In this document: positions 50,751 to 63,688 of the stretch, in pieces
How positions within the stretch are numbered: the first letter of the stretch is position 1
Layout of the letters: the number at the start of each line of letters is the position of its first letter
Assembly: GCA_030390025.1 (NCBI GenBank)
Contig: CM059432.1
Coordinates: 85,934,001 to 85,998,000, forward strand
Origin: Squalus acanthias
Lineage: Eukaryota
Direction: 5' to 3'
DNA: 64,000 bases
Program-made: the position numbers and the translations under genes
The notes under the pieces: generated by a model
Database searches by the model: none
Seen by the model: the letters and a program-made list of their open reading frames with translations, nothing else
What the model was told of the DNA's origin: nothing

Positions 50751-51826
50751 ATAGGTAGCTAGCTATTCACACACAATGCATCAGGGGCACAAGGAAGAAG
50801 AGGATCTTTCCAGATCATTTGCAGCCCTTTGCTTCCAAGTTCTTTGGAGTGCTTTGTTACAGTGTGGCTGACCTGAACTGGTGATGGAGAAATGGGTTCT
50901 TCTTTGTCAAGTGTATTTTAAGCAGGGATTTGTCCATTCCTAAACCATCACCTTCAGTGGCTCTCTGTCAAAACAGCAGACTGGAGTCAGACTGAGATTC
51001 AGCAGCTCTGTAATAATGATAGTTGCACTGGATTTATGCCAGTATGCGTGTAGTGTTGCATTAATTTATTTCATTTCAGAAAAAATACATAATGTTTATT
51101 TTATGAAGTCTCTGTAGTTTTATTGCATTGTACTTGCTGCAGTGTACATTGGTGCACAAGTATTGTTAGCATGGTTATGTATATACGGGGGCAAGATTCT
51201 GTTTGAGCATCATGATGATTTGGTGACTGTCTCTGGGATTTTGTTAAGCTAGGGTGCTGCTTAAGTGGAGTAATGATGTTACAAGGGGTTCCATTGGCCT
51301 TTGTGGGTCTCTGGAAGGGTGCTTCTTGTTGAAATATTTTCTCTTTCTGTATTGGCCTGCACATCTACTTTTTGATAGCCTTAATACTTGGATTCTACTG
51401 AGAAATATAATCAAGATTAAGCCAAAAACAACATTGATGTATAAGACTGCAGAAGAGCTAACTGTGGAGCTATGAGAAGAGTTCTAGGAAAGATTAAGTG
51501 GGAAACTGAACTAAAAATACAAAATATTTTTTAAGACTACTTTGAAGGATATGGGAATTAAATATATTCCTATGAGAAAAAGAAAAAATAACAAGGCTGA
51601 GACCATAGTGGCTGAGTAAAGGAGGTTTAAAATAACCACGGCCTAAACAAAATTATTATTTTTTTTAAACTCCAGGAACCAAAAAGCCAAGGGAGGACTA
51701 GAAATTGTGCAAAATTAATTAAGAATAAATAAAATGGAAAAAAAACAAGGGATATTAAGACAATTGAAAGGTAGTTGGCTTTTGGGTTTTACTGATTAAG
51801 CCTGAGCAGAATTTTGTTAATTTATA

Positions 51827-52275
51827 GGGGTAGAAATTTGTTGGCGCCTGATTTTGGGTGTGAAATCAATGATGCAGTCACAATGTGCAATCGAATCGGG
51901 AGGCTATAGGCCAGCCCAAAAATTGGGCCTCAGGCCTTGTATAAATAATCTGAAATTCATTCATGGAGGAAGGTGAGCTGCCTGTGGAGGTGTGCCCTTC
52001 TCCATGAATGAATTTCAGTTTGGTTGCCTGCTTTGCTGGCAGCAGCCTCAGGTGAGTAGCGTGAGGGCGGGGAGGTTCAGTGGGGAGCAGGCTAATAAGA
52101 GCCTGCACTCCTGCTCCTTCTGACTCCACAAGATTTATTTTTAAAGATGACTAAAACTCACCTTTTCAGCAACAGCTGGCTCCAGGGTTGCGTGGATGCC
52201 AGGTGATGCGCTTACTCTGCTCCCTAGGATACCGAGAGGTTCCAAAATGGTCTTCAGGCCCCTCATTTACATGCA
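51827..52275. repeat. Old MITE-like repeat, related to 37850-38430
   Basis: TIR-like GGGGTAGAAATTTG start and shared internal blocks. Confidence 0.55.
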
Positions 52276-52482
52276 TAAGGAACATTCTCCTTTCTTTCCT
52301 TCCTTCCTCAGTACATTGCAGGTGTGATTTTATTGTTTATCTTTGCTAATACTCAACCTATTATGAAGTTGTCCATACAATCAGGAAAATTCACAGAGAA
52401 AGTGACTTGTTTAAGATCGAATTGTGATTTTCCACTCCCTGCATGATACAAAAGGCAAGGAGGACTATCATAATATTGTATT

Positions 52483-53209
52483 GGGCCAAAAATTGATCCC
52501 GCTGCGCGAGAGTACGCACTGCGTACTCTCGCGTATTCTCTCTCCAATTGCCGGTTTTCTGCATGCCCTGCGCATGCGCTGAAAACCGGCACTTGGTCTT
52601 TGGAAAAGGGGGTGGTTCCTCGGTGCATCGCGTGCGCGCTACAGGCTGCGCGCACGCTGTGCACTTAGTGCTTTGGACGCGCAGGTAAGGACGGAAGATT
52701 TTAGAAATGGAAAAAGGAGGAGTAAGACCCACTTTTAACAAGGTAAGTAGTGAATTAAGTATTTTTTTGAATTTTTTTTAACAGGTATATCTTTTTTAGA
52801 GACTTTAAAGACAGGTAAGTTTATTTTTATAACTTTTTAAAAGATTTTTAATTTTTTCAAAAATTTAATTTTTTATTTAAAATGGTTAATTTATTTAACT
52901 ATACTTATTTTATTAATGTGATGGGTTTTTTTTTTAATTGAGGTTTAGCTGTTATTTTGGGGGGGTGTAAGATTCATAGCTTTCACAGCACGTATGTGAA
53001 ACTTATGAATGGAAGATGGTGTGCTGCCATTGGCTCTAACTGAGTCACGTGATCCCACAGCTCGCACGAATTCACTACGCCGGTGGGATACGCAAGCACT
53101 GCCCAGCTGATGTCTGGAACATCAAGTTCGTGCGAGCTGGATCTGAAAAAGCCAACGCGGAGTGAGAGATCGCGCCTGCTCCTTACAGAGCGAGATCAAT
53201 TTCTGGGCC
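52483..53209. mobile_element. Harbinger-type MITE, related to 43036-43769
   Basis: TIRs GGGCCAAAAATTGATC / GATCAATTTCTGGGCC, TSD ATT/ATT. Same internal palindromes and gggatacgcaagcactgc block as the 43 kb MITE. Confidence 0.9.
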
Positions 53210-53289
53210 ATTGTCTATATCAGTTGTGTTTTATCATTATCGTTGTCTTTCATGTAATAGTTCTAATACCTTGTAGCTCAATGTAGTTG

Positions 53290-53702
53290 CAGGAAACTCT
53301 TTATTAACCGGCACCGACGGGACCGGCGTGGTGCCGGTTTATCGAAAGTACCGGATAATGGAGAGTTATATCTACCGAGGCTATTTTTAACAAAGAGACT
53401 CCAGGCAGCGCGGGAGAATCAACTCCTGCTACTGCAGTGTTTCGGACTTCCGACAGCGCCAGGAGGCCGAGTAGTGGCACTTTTGAAAACTACCCCTACT
53501 GACTAAATCGGCGTTCTCGGACTCGGGATCGGCAACATTGCCGGTTATTTGAGAGGAGTTTTCGGAGTACTCGGCGTTCGCGGAGACTCGACTGCGACTC
53601 GGCAACATTGCCGGTTATTTGAGAGGAGTTTTCGGAGGATGATTTTTGCCGGTTAAGCGAGAATTCCGGATATTTGGGTGCCGGATAAACAAAAGTTTCC
53701 TG
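53290..53702. mobile_element. pogo/Tigger-like (Tc1-mariner superfamily) MITE
   Basis: 26-bp TIRs CAGGAAACTCTTTATTAACCGGCACC / GGTGCCGGATAAACAAAAGTTTCCTG, flanked by TG and TA (TA TSD expected). Confidence 0.8.
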
Positions 53703-54565
53703 TATTTTTTTTTTTAAATTAAAAATCCATTTAAAACATTCTGTTAGTTCATCTATCTGATTATTTTCTCCCCTGCCCCTTCGCCTGAAGAGAGATAATG
53801 GGAGGGGGAATTGATTCCATCCTGGGTATGATCTCACGGTCATTGGTTTCCCTGCAGTACCATACCCAAGTGACCATTATTTATGTGCAAGCCTTCATTG
53901 TTAGCAGGTTATTTTACCATAAGAACAACACAGACGATCCTGTCCTCACTTGACATCCACATACATGTATTTCCAGCACTGTTTCAGGATGGTGAATAGA
54001 AGTGAGAACCCTGGTTGTTCAGCTCCCACCACCCCAGCGATGACATGGATGCGCAATTCTCCACCCTTCCTAGAGTTCAGAGGCATCCTTCACCTTTCTT
54101 TCAGTTCATGTTGGCATTCTTCTCCCTCTCTCACCTCAAATCATGCTGACACTCCCATTTGTCTCTCTCCCTCACTTTGGGAGGTCTCTCCCTCCCCTTC
54201 CCTCTCCTAGCTGCTACATGCATAAGAATGACATAGGTTGACTTGTTTGCTGAATTTTAATTAAGCTGGGGAGAGTCCATACTGCAGTAGATTGTGTATC
54301 TGCTTGGAAGGAACAAGCTTTTTGGGTAGACTCACATTTCTTATTTGATCGTGCATGTGAACTCTAATTTGTTTTCTCTCCTCCCATTTTTTTCCCCCTA
54401 CATTTTTAGCCAATCTTTTAAAAATAAGTTAATGTAAATGAAACTAAAAAGTTGGGGAAAATTGCAGAATTTTGGATAATCATTACCTTTGTTACAAATG
54501 TCTATGTTTCAAAAGAAGTTTTTTTTTAAAAAAAAGCTGACTGCAATATTTTATTTCTTTTCTAG

Positions 54566-54689
54566 TATGGGCAATGCACTGGAGATCCACAATGGCTGTT
54601 TTGCATGGGATAGCAATTCCGACAGATCTGTCCTTCAGGATATCTCAATAAAAATTTCCAAAAGTAAAGTTACAGTTATTGTAGGCAAG
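54566..54689 (+). CDS. Internal exon of the same ABCC gene: start of NBD1 up to the Walker A motif
   Basis: Acceptor ttcttttctAG, donor AAG|GTAAGA. 124 bp, phase 2-0, (S)MGNALEIHNGCFAWDSNSDRSVLQDISIKISKSKVTVIVGK. This fits the ABCC NBD1 N-terminus (xxIxNGxFxW...L.xI.....IVG); the exon ends inside Walker A. Confidence 0.9.
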
Positions 54690-54844
54690 GTAAGATTTAT
54701 ATTTATAAGTCTTTTAATATGTCAACAACAATATCATTTGCATTTTATGGTGTTCCTCATATAAAATATCATGTTAGACTGCTTTACAACTGGAGAGGAT
54801 GACATGGGCCAGTCGGTAAACAAACTTTGATGGTTGATAATTAG

Positions 54845-55218
54845 ATCAATTAGAGGTGTTTAAAATGATAGGATTTGATAGAGTAGATACAGCAAAGCTA
54901 CTTCCTCTGGTGGGGGAATCCAGAACAAGGGGGCACAATTTTAAATTAGAGCAAGGGCATTCAGGAGTGAAACAGGAAGCACTTTTTCCACATGAAGCGT
55001 AGTAGAAATCTAGAATTCTCTCCCCCCAGAAGGCTGTGGATGCTGGGTCAATTGAAATTTTCAAGACTGAGGTTAATAGATTTTTGTGATGTAAGGTTAT
55101 CAAGGGATATAGATCAAAGGCGGGTAAATGAAGTCAAGGTACAGATCAGCCGTGATCTAATTTGATGGCAGAACAGGCTTGAGGGGCTGAGTGGCCTACT
55201 CCTATTTTAATGTTCCTG
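54845..55218 (+). mobile_element. CR1 3' fragment
   Basis: gaatccagaacaagggggcac (SRTRGH) and the tail gatcagcc...ggcctactcct. Confidence 0.85.
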
Positions 55219-55713
55219 TGGATGGATAGATCAGTTTTTAATCAGGCTTTTGAAGGCAGCTATGGCAAGGCAAAGTGTTTTTGAAAGATTGCTCCAGAGG
55301 AAATAGACATAATGACAGAAAAGTTAGCTTTTCATAGTGGAATGAGGGGCCAGGAGATGAGCAGTAATCTGAGATGGAGGGTGTGAGTCAGGACATCTGG
55401 CCGGAGTAGATTTCCCAAATTGGGTAGGACAAAACTGTGGAGGGATCTAAAACTAGGATCTTGAAGCAGATTCACTGGAGCACAGTGAGGCAGTGAAATT
55501 TGTTAAGGATGCGTGTGTTGGGTATTACTGAGGTCACAGAGTTCTGCCACAGCTAAAGGTGTATAAATAAATGCTATACTATCCTGTTACTAATATGTGC
55601 TATTTAGAATAGCATTAACAGAGCTCCTCTGATAACTCTGGGGATGGAAGCGTGAAGGGTGGCAACTCATTCCTTTAGAATGCACAATTCTGGGTCATTG
55701 TTGCAGACATTTA

Positions 55714-56525
55714 GGCCGGAATTTTCATCAGGAGGTGGGTTGGGGGTGGAGGGGGGACGGTGCTAGGAAGCGCCCGGGAAACCCGGGAGAACAGGGCCTG
55801 ATTTGCATTTCAAACCTCCGTTTCCCACTCGCAGCCAGCCAGATGAAGAGGCTGTGGGCGGGTCGGCCTGCGGCATTAGGCCACAGAGAGGCGGGAGGGA
55901 GGGATCAGGTGGGGGTGGGGGGTGGTTGGGAGCCGCAGCATTGGGGGTCGGGGGCCAGAGAATCGGAGGGGAAGGAGGGAAGATTGGACTCCGGAGCATT
56001 GGGAGTGGGGTAGGGAGGGACGATCAGAAGTCAGAGGAGGATCAGTGGGGGAGGGAGAGAACATCGGGGGCCAGAGGAGGATCGGGGGTGGTGGTGGTGG
56101 TGGGGAGAGAGAGTACATCGGGGCTGGCCTGATGATCATCGTTGGAGGGGGGGGGGAGGGTGGAGGCTGGGAATGCAATTGGAGGTTTCGTGGGGGGTGA
56201 TTGGATGCCTTGTGGAGGATGGATTACGTAGGGACGCTGGATCCAGGAAGTAAATGTAAAGGCATTAGCTGTTGGGTTTCCAGAGGCCTGCGAAACCCAA
56301 CAGCCACAGTTAAATTTGAAATGCAGGTTAAATCTGAGGCTCACCAGCCTCATTATAATATTTAAATGGACGATTCGCCTCCTGGGAGCGGTTTGGCTGT
56401 CCGCCCCCATCCCACCTCTCTCAAAACTGGAAGTAGGCGGGTTTTGGTCGGGATTCAGATTTTTAACACTTTAACTTCCCACCCGACCCCAACTCACCCA
56501 TTTTTTGGGGTTAAAATTCCCCCCC
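55714..56525 (+). mobile_element. Harbinger-type non-autonomous element with a G-rich core
   Basis: Ends GGCCGGAATTTT / AAAATTCCCCCCC, flanks TTA/TGA; paralog of 42860-44480. Confidence 0.75.
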
Positions 56526-57231
56526 TGAATGATTTAAACCAGTAGTATTCCATAAGAAAAATTACTAAGTTTCTATAATTTTTTAAATGGATACCATTCA
56601 AGATCTTTTCAGAGTTTATTTAAAATAGACTGCCTTTTTTTCTTAGTTGAAATATTATTGCAAAAAGGTCAAGTCGCCTCCTACTTTTATCAGACTTGTA
56701 ATTTTGCAGCAAGACCGTTTCCTAATGTATCATGCTGACATGTCGAAAATGCCGCTTGCAGTTTTGCTGCAATGATTTTTAAACCCTCGCATTGTTTTCA
56801 CATTGGTATGACTGTGGTAACATCACAACGTGAACATTGGGTAGCATAATAGCGGGGTATAGTGAAGCAAGGAAAGGTGCCTCACAAAATTAAGCCTAGT
56901 AATTACTAGTAGCACATAAAGTTATTCATATTTTATCAGTTTATTCAATGTAAGAGATTTTTTTTATTAATTTCTTGTTCGACCTTCTATTTTGTACCTT
57001 GCTTTTTTGGCCTCTTGTTTTAATCCTGAATGAAAATTTTGCTCATCTCCATTTTATGAATTCTTCTCTCAGTTTTGAATTCTTCTATCACATCTCTTTG
57101 CATGCACTCATACAGAAGTCCTCAGCTACTTATTTGCTAAGTTAATTTAAATTGCACGCTTTATTCTGAAATATATCAAATGTACTCAATTGTAGCGTGA
57201 AACTTGGCTTCTGTGCCTGATGCTGAGGTCA

Positions 57232-58258
57232 TATCATCATCATCATCATCATCAACAACAGCAACAACTTTATTTATATAGTGCCTTTAACGCAGTAAAA
57301 CATCCCAAGGCGCTTCACAGGAGTGTTATAAAACGAAACACCGAGCCACATAAGGAGAAATTAGGGCTGATGACTAAAAGCTTGGTCAAAGAGGAAGGTT
57401 TTAAGGAGCATTTTAAAGGAGGAAAGAGAGGTGGAGAGGCGGCGAGATTTAGGGAGGGAATTCCAGAGTTTAGGGCCTTGGCAGCTGAAGGCACGGCCAC
57501 CAAAGGTTGAGTGATTTAAAATCAGGGATGCTCAAGAGGCCAGCATTAGAGGAGCGCAAATATCCCGGGGTGGGGGGCTGGAGGAGATTAGAGATAGGGA
57601 GAGGCGAGGCCATGGAGGGATTTGAAAACAAGGATGAGAATTTTAAAATCGAGGCGTTGCTTAACCGGGAGCCAGCGTAGGTCAGCGAGTACAGGGGTGA
57701 TGGGTGAACGGGACATGGTGCGAATTAGGACATGGGCAGCAAAGTTTTGGATGACCTCAAGTTTACGTAGCGTAGAACGTTGGGAGGCCAGCCAGGAGTG
57801 CATTGGAATAGTCAAGTCTAGAGGTACCAAAGGCATGGATGATGGTTTCAGCAGCAGATGAGCTGAGGCAGGGGCGGAGTCGGGCGATGTTTCGGAGGAG
57901 GAAATAGGCGATCTTAGTTATAGCGTGGATATGTGGTCAGAAGCTCATTTCAGGGTCAACTATGACACCAAGGTTGTGAACAACCTGGTTCAGCCTCAGA
58001 CAGATGCTCGGGAGAGGGATGGAGTCGGTGGCTAGGGAACGGAATTTGTGGCTGGGACCGAAGACAATGGCTTCGGTCTTCCCAATATTTAGTTGGAGAA
58101 AATTTATGCTCATCCAATCTTGGATGTTGGACAAGCAGTCTGAAAATTTCGAGACTGTGGAGGGGTTGAGAGAAGTGGTGCTGAGGTAGAGCTCGGTGTC
58201 GTCAGTGTAAATGTGGTAACTGACGCTGTGTTTTCAGATGATGTTGCCGAGGGGCAGT
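57232..58258 (-). mobile_element. L2-like LINE 3' kilobase with (CAT)n(CAA)n tail
   Basis: HIYTDDTELYL, WMSINFLQLNIGKTE, LDYSN, ITPVLADLRWLPVKQRLDFKIL. Confidence 0.9.
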
Positions 58259-58385
58259 AAAACTCCTATCTACAGGTATGGTTTTCTCATTGGTATGACT
58301 GTGGTAACATCACAACGTAAACGTTGGCTCTTGCAACATTTGAAATGTCATTACCATTTTTCATTCCTCAACCTCCGCACATTAT

Positions 58386-60148
58386 GGCCGTGATTTCGCC
58401 AGCAGAGACGGGATTGCGGCGGAAGAGGTGGTTGGTGGGTTCCGGTCCCGCTCCCGGCTGCAGCCACTCTGTGAAAAGGATTTTCCATTAATAGGGCTTG
58501 TTAAGCCCGCCCTGCGGGGTTCCCGGCCAATTAAAAGGAAGTGGGTCTGATGACGTCATTTGATGACGCGTCATCAGCCGGTTTCCTTAAAGGGACCATG
58601 GCCGCGTTCATTTTGACAGTTGTGCTGTCAGTGTTCTGCAGCATTGAGGTGCTGCAAACACTGACCAGCTCGCACAAAGGTGCACGGCTGCACCCAGGCT
58701 CTCGCATGACTCCCTCCATATGCTTATGGAGGGAGTCACAGCACGCAGGGAGGTTCTCTCTTCCCTTCCAAGGGCGGAAGAGACCTCCCCAGGACACCAA
58801 GGCAGCCTGGTTTCACATTGCACAAGAGGGCACAAGTTGTCAGGAGGACCTGGCTGCAGTGGCGCAAACCTTTCAATGATCTCAGTAAATCACAAAACGT
58901 TTTTGCAAAGACACACTCAACCTCATCCTGCTGTGCCACTCATCACATCCCCATCACTCTGCCTTACCTACCCTACTCCTGCACATCCTTACTCACACCA
59001 ACTTACCTTGCACCTCCACCCATCCCTCTCTATCTACATTATCACTTCCCCATCTCACTAGCCACCCCTCACACTCTCACTCATCCTAGTGCAATCATGC
59101 CAACTAACACACAAGGGTAGGCACGTGGGTGTTTTATGCAATATTCATGTAAATTTTCTGTTTGTGTTGTCAAACATTGAAACCTTTATTTTCAACACTT
59201 TGCCTTATTGTACAGTTCTGTGCTCACCTTTGGAAGTGTCTTAGTGAGTTGCAATGAAAGGTGAGACATAAAGGTATCGCCCGCAATGGTAATGAGTGTA
59301 AAAGGAATGGCTTAGGCATTGTAGGAATGCTTTATGGTGTTGGTGTGGGATGGTGTTAACCTGGCGCTTCATGTGGCAGCCAGGGTGTACAGCATCAAGT
59401 GAAGTAAATCTGGCCATGGTGATGCCATCGCTGGCCTCCCCGGGCAGCAATGTTGGCGGGTGCTGATGCCCTGTGTCCTATGCTGCATCAGGTGATTGCG
59501 GAGAAGGTTGGTGTTGTTGTTGATGTTGGTATGCCTGGTGATGTTGGTTTTGGGGCTGATCGTGGATGGATTCAGAGGACCAAGGTGAGATTTTTTTCAA
59601 GGGCACCAATGTTGCTGGAATAGATGGCAGCTGAAGTTGAGGTGACAGAAGCGATCTGTCAATGGTGAGAGAGCTTGCTCCAAGGAGGTGACAGTGGATA
59701 GAGAGTTTACTCCAAACACTTCCAAACTGCATACAGCTCAAAAGTGTCTTCCAAGTCCTGAAGGCTCAAGCTTCTGACATTGGAAAGTGACTAGCTGTGA
59801 AATGGTACCTTTCATACCAATTTTGCAGCTGTCACCTATTCACAGCAATGGGGAGACATAGAGAACCTGACGTGATCTCCGAACAATGTGAACCCTGTTA
59901 AAAATGTGGTAAAATAGAAATAGGCTGGCAATATAGTAGTTAAAAAATCACTTAACAAGCAGTTAAGTATCTTAAATGCCTCCCCCGCCACTTGGTGTCG
60001 GGTCTTTTCTGAAATCGCAGACTTGACACTTTGGAAACTTACATGGAGGTGGGTTCGCAGCGGGTTCCCAACCCACTGTCAACCTTTGCTATTTTGACAG
60101 CTGACCTGCCTCCGAACCCGCCCTCTGAGCGCCGGCAAAATCCAGCCC
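58386..60148. mobile_element. Internally deleted Harbinger, inverted relative to 24961-29086
   Basis: TIRs GGCCGTGATTTCGCC / GGCAAAATCCAGCCC, TSD TAT/TAT. Myb exon 1 remnant on the plus strand (58680-58885). Transposase 5' and 3' ends are fused on the minus strand (59400-59600). Confidence 0.88.
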
Positions 60149-63003
60149 TATAGGTGTATAACCTAGCTTGATAGGTTCTGGGGAAATCACATATATCAAA
60201 ATGTAATGGTGTTGCAGGTAGGCGGTGCACCACATGGTTTCCTACTCCCACATCATATAAAGCTGCAGGATGTGCTCGATTGCATAGCTTGTTTTTTATG
60301 CAGCTAAATGTTAGCTCTCTGCCAAAAATTTCCAGCCTCACTTCAGGGACCCCAAATGTGTGAACAGGTACTGCTAGACTTTAACCAGCTAAAACGCGAG
60401 TCTTACTGGCACAGAGTTCCAAAAAACGTTGTACTGTTTGTCCAGCAAGGACCATCCAACCTGTTAGGGTTCTGGCTTGCAGGATTAGCTGGAGCTAAGT
60501 GGAGAGTCCTGCTCCAGTAGTAGGTCTTCCCCTCAATGTCCCATGAATGGCCCAAGCAAGCTGGTCAATCATGTAAAGTACCGTGGAGTACTGCAAGGAC
60601 TACCTTGCTCAGATGTCTGATTACTGAGATAGGGGTTTGATGAGGTTCTAATCATGGAGCCAACATGAACCAAAAAACTATGCTTACCTCTGCACATGTC
60701 TGTCTAATCTAACCTATTACTCTTCCCCTAGGTAACATTAATCTGACAGAGTACCAGCTACACTATTAAGTAATCTTACCTGTCTGTGGCTTAAAGAGAG
60801 GCACAAAATTGGGAGGAGGAAAATAGAGAGAGAATAAATCACCTGCACCAACACCCACGAGCTTCTATAAATTCGTGGGCCATATGGAACTGTGAATAAC
60901 CCAGCCTCTGTTTGATAAAGGTGCTGGGATATGTCCAGCTTTGATATACATAGTCAGAGCCTTTCTGAGCTAAAAATCCCAATATGCTTTTTATACTGCG
61001 AATATCATGTTGCTGTTTGGTCAGGAAAACAAAACCCAATGCATGTGTCTTTCCATGCATGTTCTGAGCTCTGCTTACCGGTATTCGGATGATGGTTATA
61101 TTTTTAATGTTAGTCAGCCAGTCAACTTTTTGCTGGACGCTAATAATTTAAAATCAAGTTGAAGTCTCTTCACAGCAGTTGCAGCTACATTTCAGCTAGT
61201 GAGAAGTGGAACCAGTGTGCGACTACTTCCTTGAGGTAGTCTGGCACTGCTTACCAAAATTTAATGCATTGTCAATTCAGTCCCTTAATTCCCATGTTAT
61301 ACATCGGCTTTTGCATTGATGTAGTGTAAAATTAAAACTATAGTTATACATGATTCAAAGTTGATTTTTACACACAAATATTTGAATTGTCTAATCATTT
61401 TTATCTAAGTAATTCTAATTAAGTAACTCTGACACAGCAATTCTGGAGGATATTGTTTAACGCAATTTGTGTTATCCAGTAATCAGAATTAAGCAAGGTT
61501 AAATTATCAGGAATAGATTGTAGTATAATAACTGGGCTAATAAACTGAATTGGAATCGCTTTTTGGTTTACGAAACTGAATGAAGCAGATTTGGTATACC
61601 AGTGCAGACTATGTTGAATTTCATCATTCCCTGTCAATTAAGTATGTCAGTAGGATCAAATTCTTCTGGATAAAGAATCTCATTATTGTAAGTTAATGAA
61701 CTTGTCATCTGATCATCAGGTTGTAAAAACTATAAATCAATTGTTTTGTGTCTCAGTTGTTCATTTTTTCAGAAACTCGTTGGTCTCAAATGTGTGATTT
61801 AGTTTGGTCATTATCAGCCTACTCGCCACCAATGTAAAGAAGCCTTAAAGGGAAATCGCAGCAGATATGTTCTGTCTTTTTTTGTAAATGTTGATTGGTT
61901 GATTTTATATTGTTTTTGAATGCACGTCCGATTGGAAATTAGACACAGTAGAATTATTACTTCCAAAAAACTTGTACCTCCATGTGTAAAATCTTATAAT
62001 GCTTGATGAGCTGTCATTGGTATTTACTTCAACATGAGGTGATCAGACGTCAAGAAATAAGACCAACTTAATTGAAAGGTGCTTTCATCTTGGAAATGAT
62101 TACAACTTAGGCACAGACTACTTTTTTTTTTTAAAACCCTGACAATGATTGACCAACTATCTAAGCTTTCTGCAGATTAATATAAATTACGGATAGCTCC
62201 TCTTGGTTAACATTTTAATATATGTGGGCATTTTCTTTTTTTTTTGCTTTTCAAGCAATGTTACAACAAAGATATGTAATCCAGGTTCTTATTTTTAACA
62301 AATAATCACATTGATTAAGGTGAATAATGTCAGCGCTGTGAATGGAGCACTTGCACTTTAGAGCACCCAGTGTCAGCATCAGGAACCCCCCCAGGTCATG
62401 TGCAAACAGCCAGATACAGAATAAAGCTCTGCCTCAAGAATGCACCTCGCCCTAAACCTCATCTGAAACTCTGTTGCATCAGTTTGAATTTTTCCACTTG
62501 ATATACCACATGTTACTTATGCCTTTTTAAAAAAAAACTGGTAATTCCAAAATAACTACGTGTTTTCACGTGCCATAAACTTGTAATAAGGAGGGAAAAA
62601 ACATCAGTACATGAAAGCCTGACTGGGGAAAATATAAATATTGAAAACCCAAAATTGGTGGTGCCTTTCCAGGGGGTCAGAGAGGCTTGCTGCTTGGAAA
62701 ATGTTGCATTTTTACATTGAAAATTATGCATTCTAGTTGCTTTTAAGCACTTCTGTACTTAACTATCGATTTTAAAAAAAAATACACAATGACATTTGGA
62801 TTTTCAACATAATCAATCAATAATTTCCCCAAAAGCTACCTCATCGGTTACCCTCCCACATCCAACCCATCCTCCCCCCGCACGCCCCCTCCCTCCCCCC
62901 CCCCCCCCCCACCACTCTAGTTCACAGAGGCACTCTACCTGCTCCAGACCCAATTAACAAAGACGTCGTATTCCATCCAATTCCCCACCTTTTCAGAGAA
63001 ACT

Positions 63004-63688
63004 GGCCAGGATTTTGCGTCGATATGACGGCGTACTCTAAGCGCATGCGCTAAATCCCAAACTTGCGATCTGTCAAGTTCCGCACCAACATGGAAATCCT
63101 AATTGCTGGTGCAGAGTTGGGCTAGTTGCCCACCAACTGTCCAGCAATTACGCCTGAAAATGTTACAGCTGGTGAAACAAGCGCAGCAGCCTGTTTGCAC
63201 AGCTTAAGGGGATAACCTTTTGGAAATCCAAATATATATTTAATTTTAAAAGCTTAAACTACAAGCCAGTCTTTCAAACTTACCGTCAGCCCCCATCAGA
63301 GTACAAAATAACATTCCACTGTAGCCTGGCGTATAACTTCGATTTTTATTTTTGGATGTGAATATAGAAAATTGCTGGATTTTACTTGAATGTTGCAAGC
63401 ATTTACATATAAGTCATTTCCCACGATAAAAATGTGGTTGGCTCGTGAGTGAGAGACTGGGGGTGAATGAGAGACCTTCTGCTTCCTGATTGGAGCGCTA
63501 GACCACTTGATCCCAGATACGCTTCTGCACACGGTGCGCCCCGGGATCCGTGGGCCACTACGCTGCCCTCTACTACGCAGCATCTGCCAGCAAGTTCTTG
63601 AAGGAGGGTCCCCATCAGGTAAGTGTGTATTTCGTTTGGATGCCGGTGGCGTAATCCTTAATTACGCCACGACCGCAAAATCCGGGCC
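63004..63688. mobile_element. Harbinger-type MITE
   Basis: TIRs GGCCAGGATTTTGCG / CGCAAAATCCGGGCC; TSD ACT/ACT. Confidence 0.85.

Noticed and set aside
53529..53637. CRISPR-like repeat-spacer pattern
   Set aside because: Only two repeats, inside a TIR element in eukaryotic DNA, with no cas genes.
57220..57510. ORF with poly-His/poly-Gln start
   Set aside because: Antisense reading of the L2 microsatellite tail.
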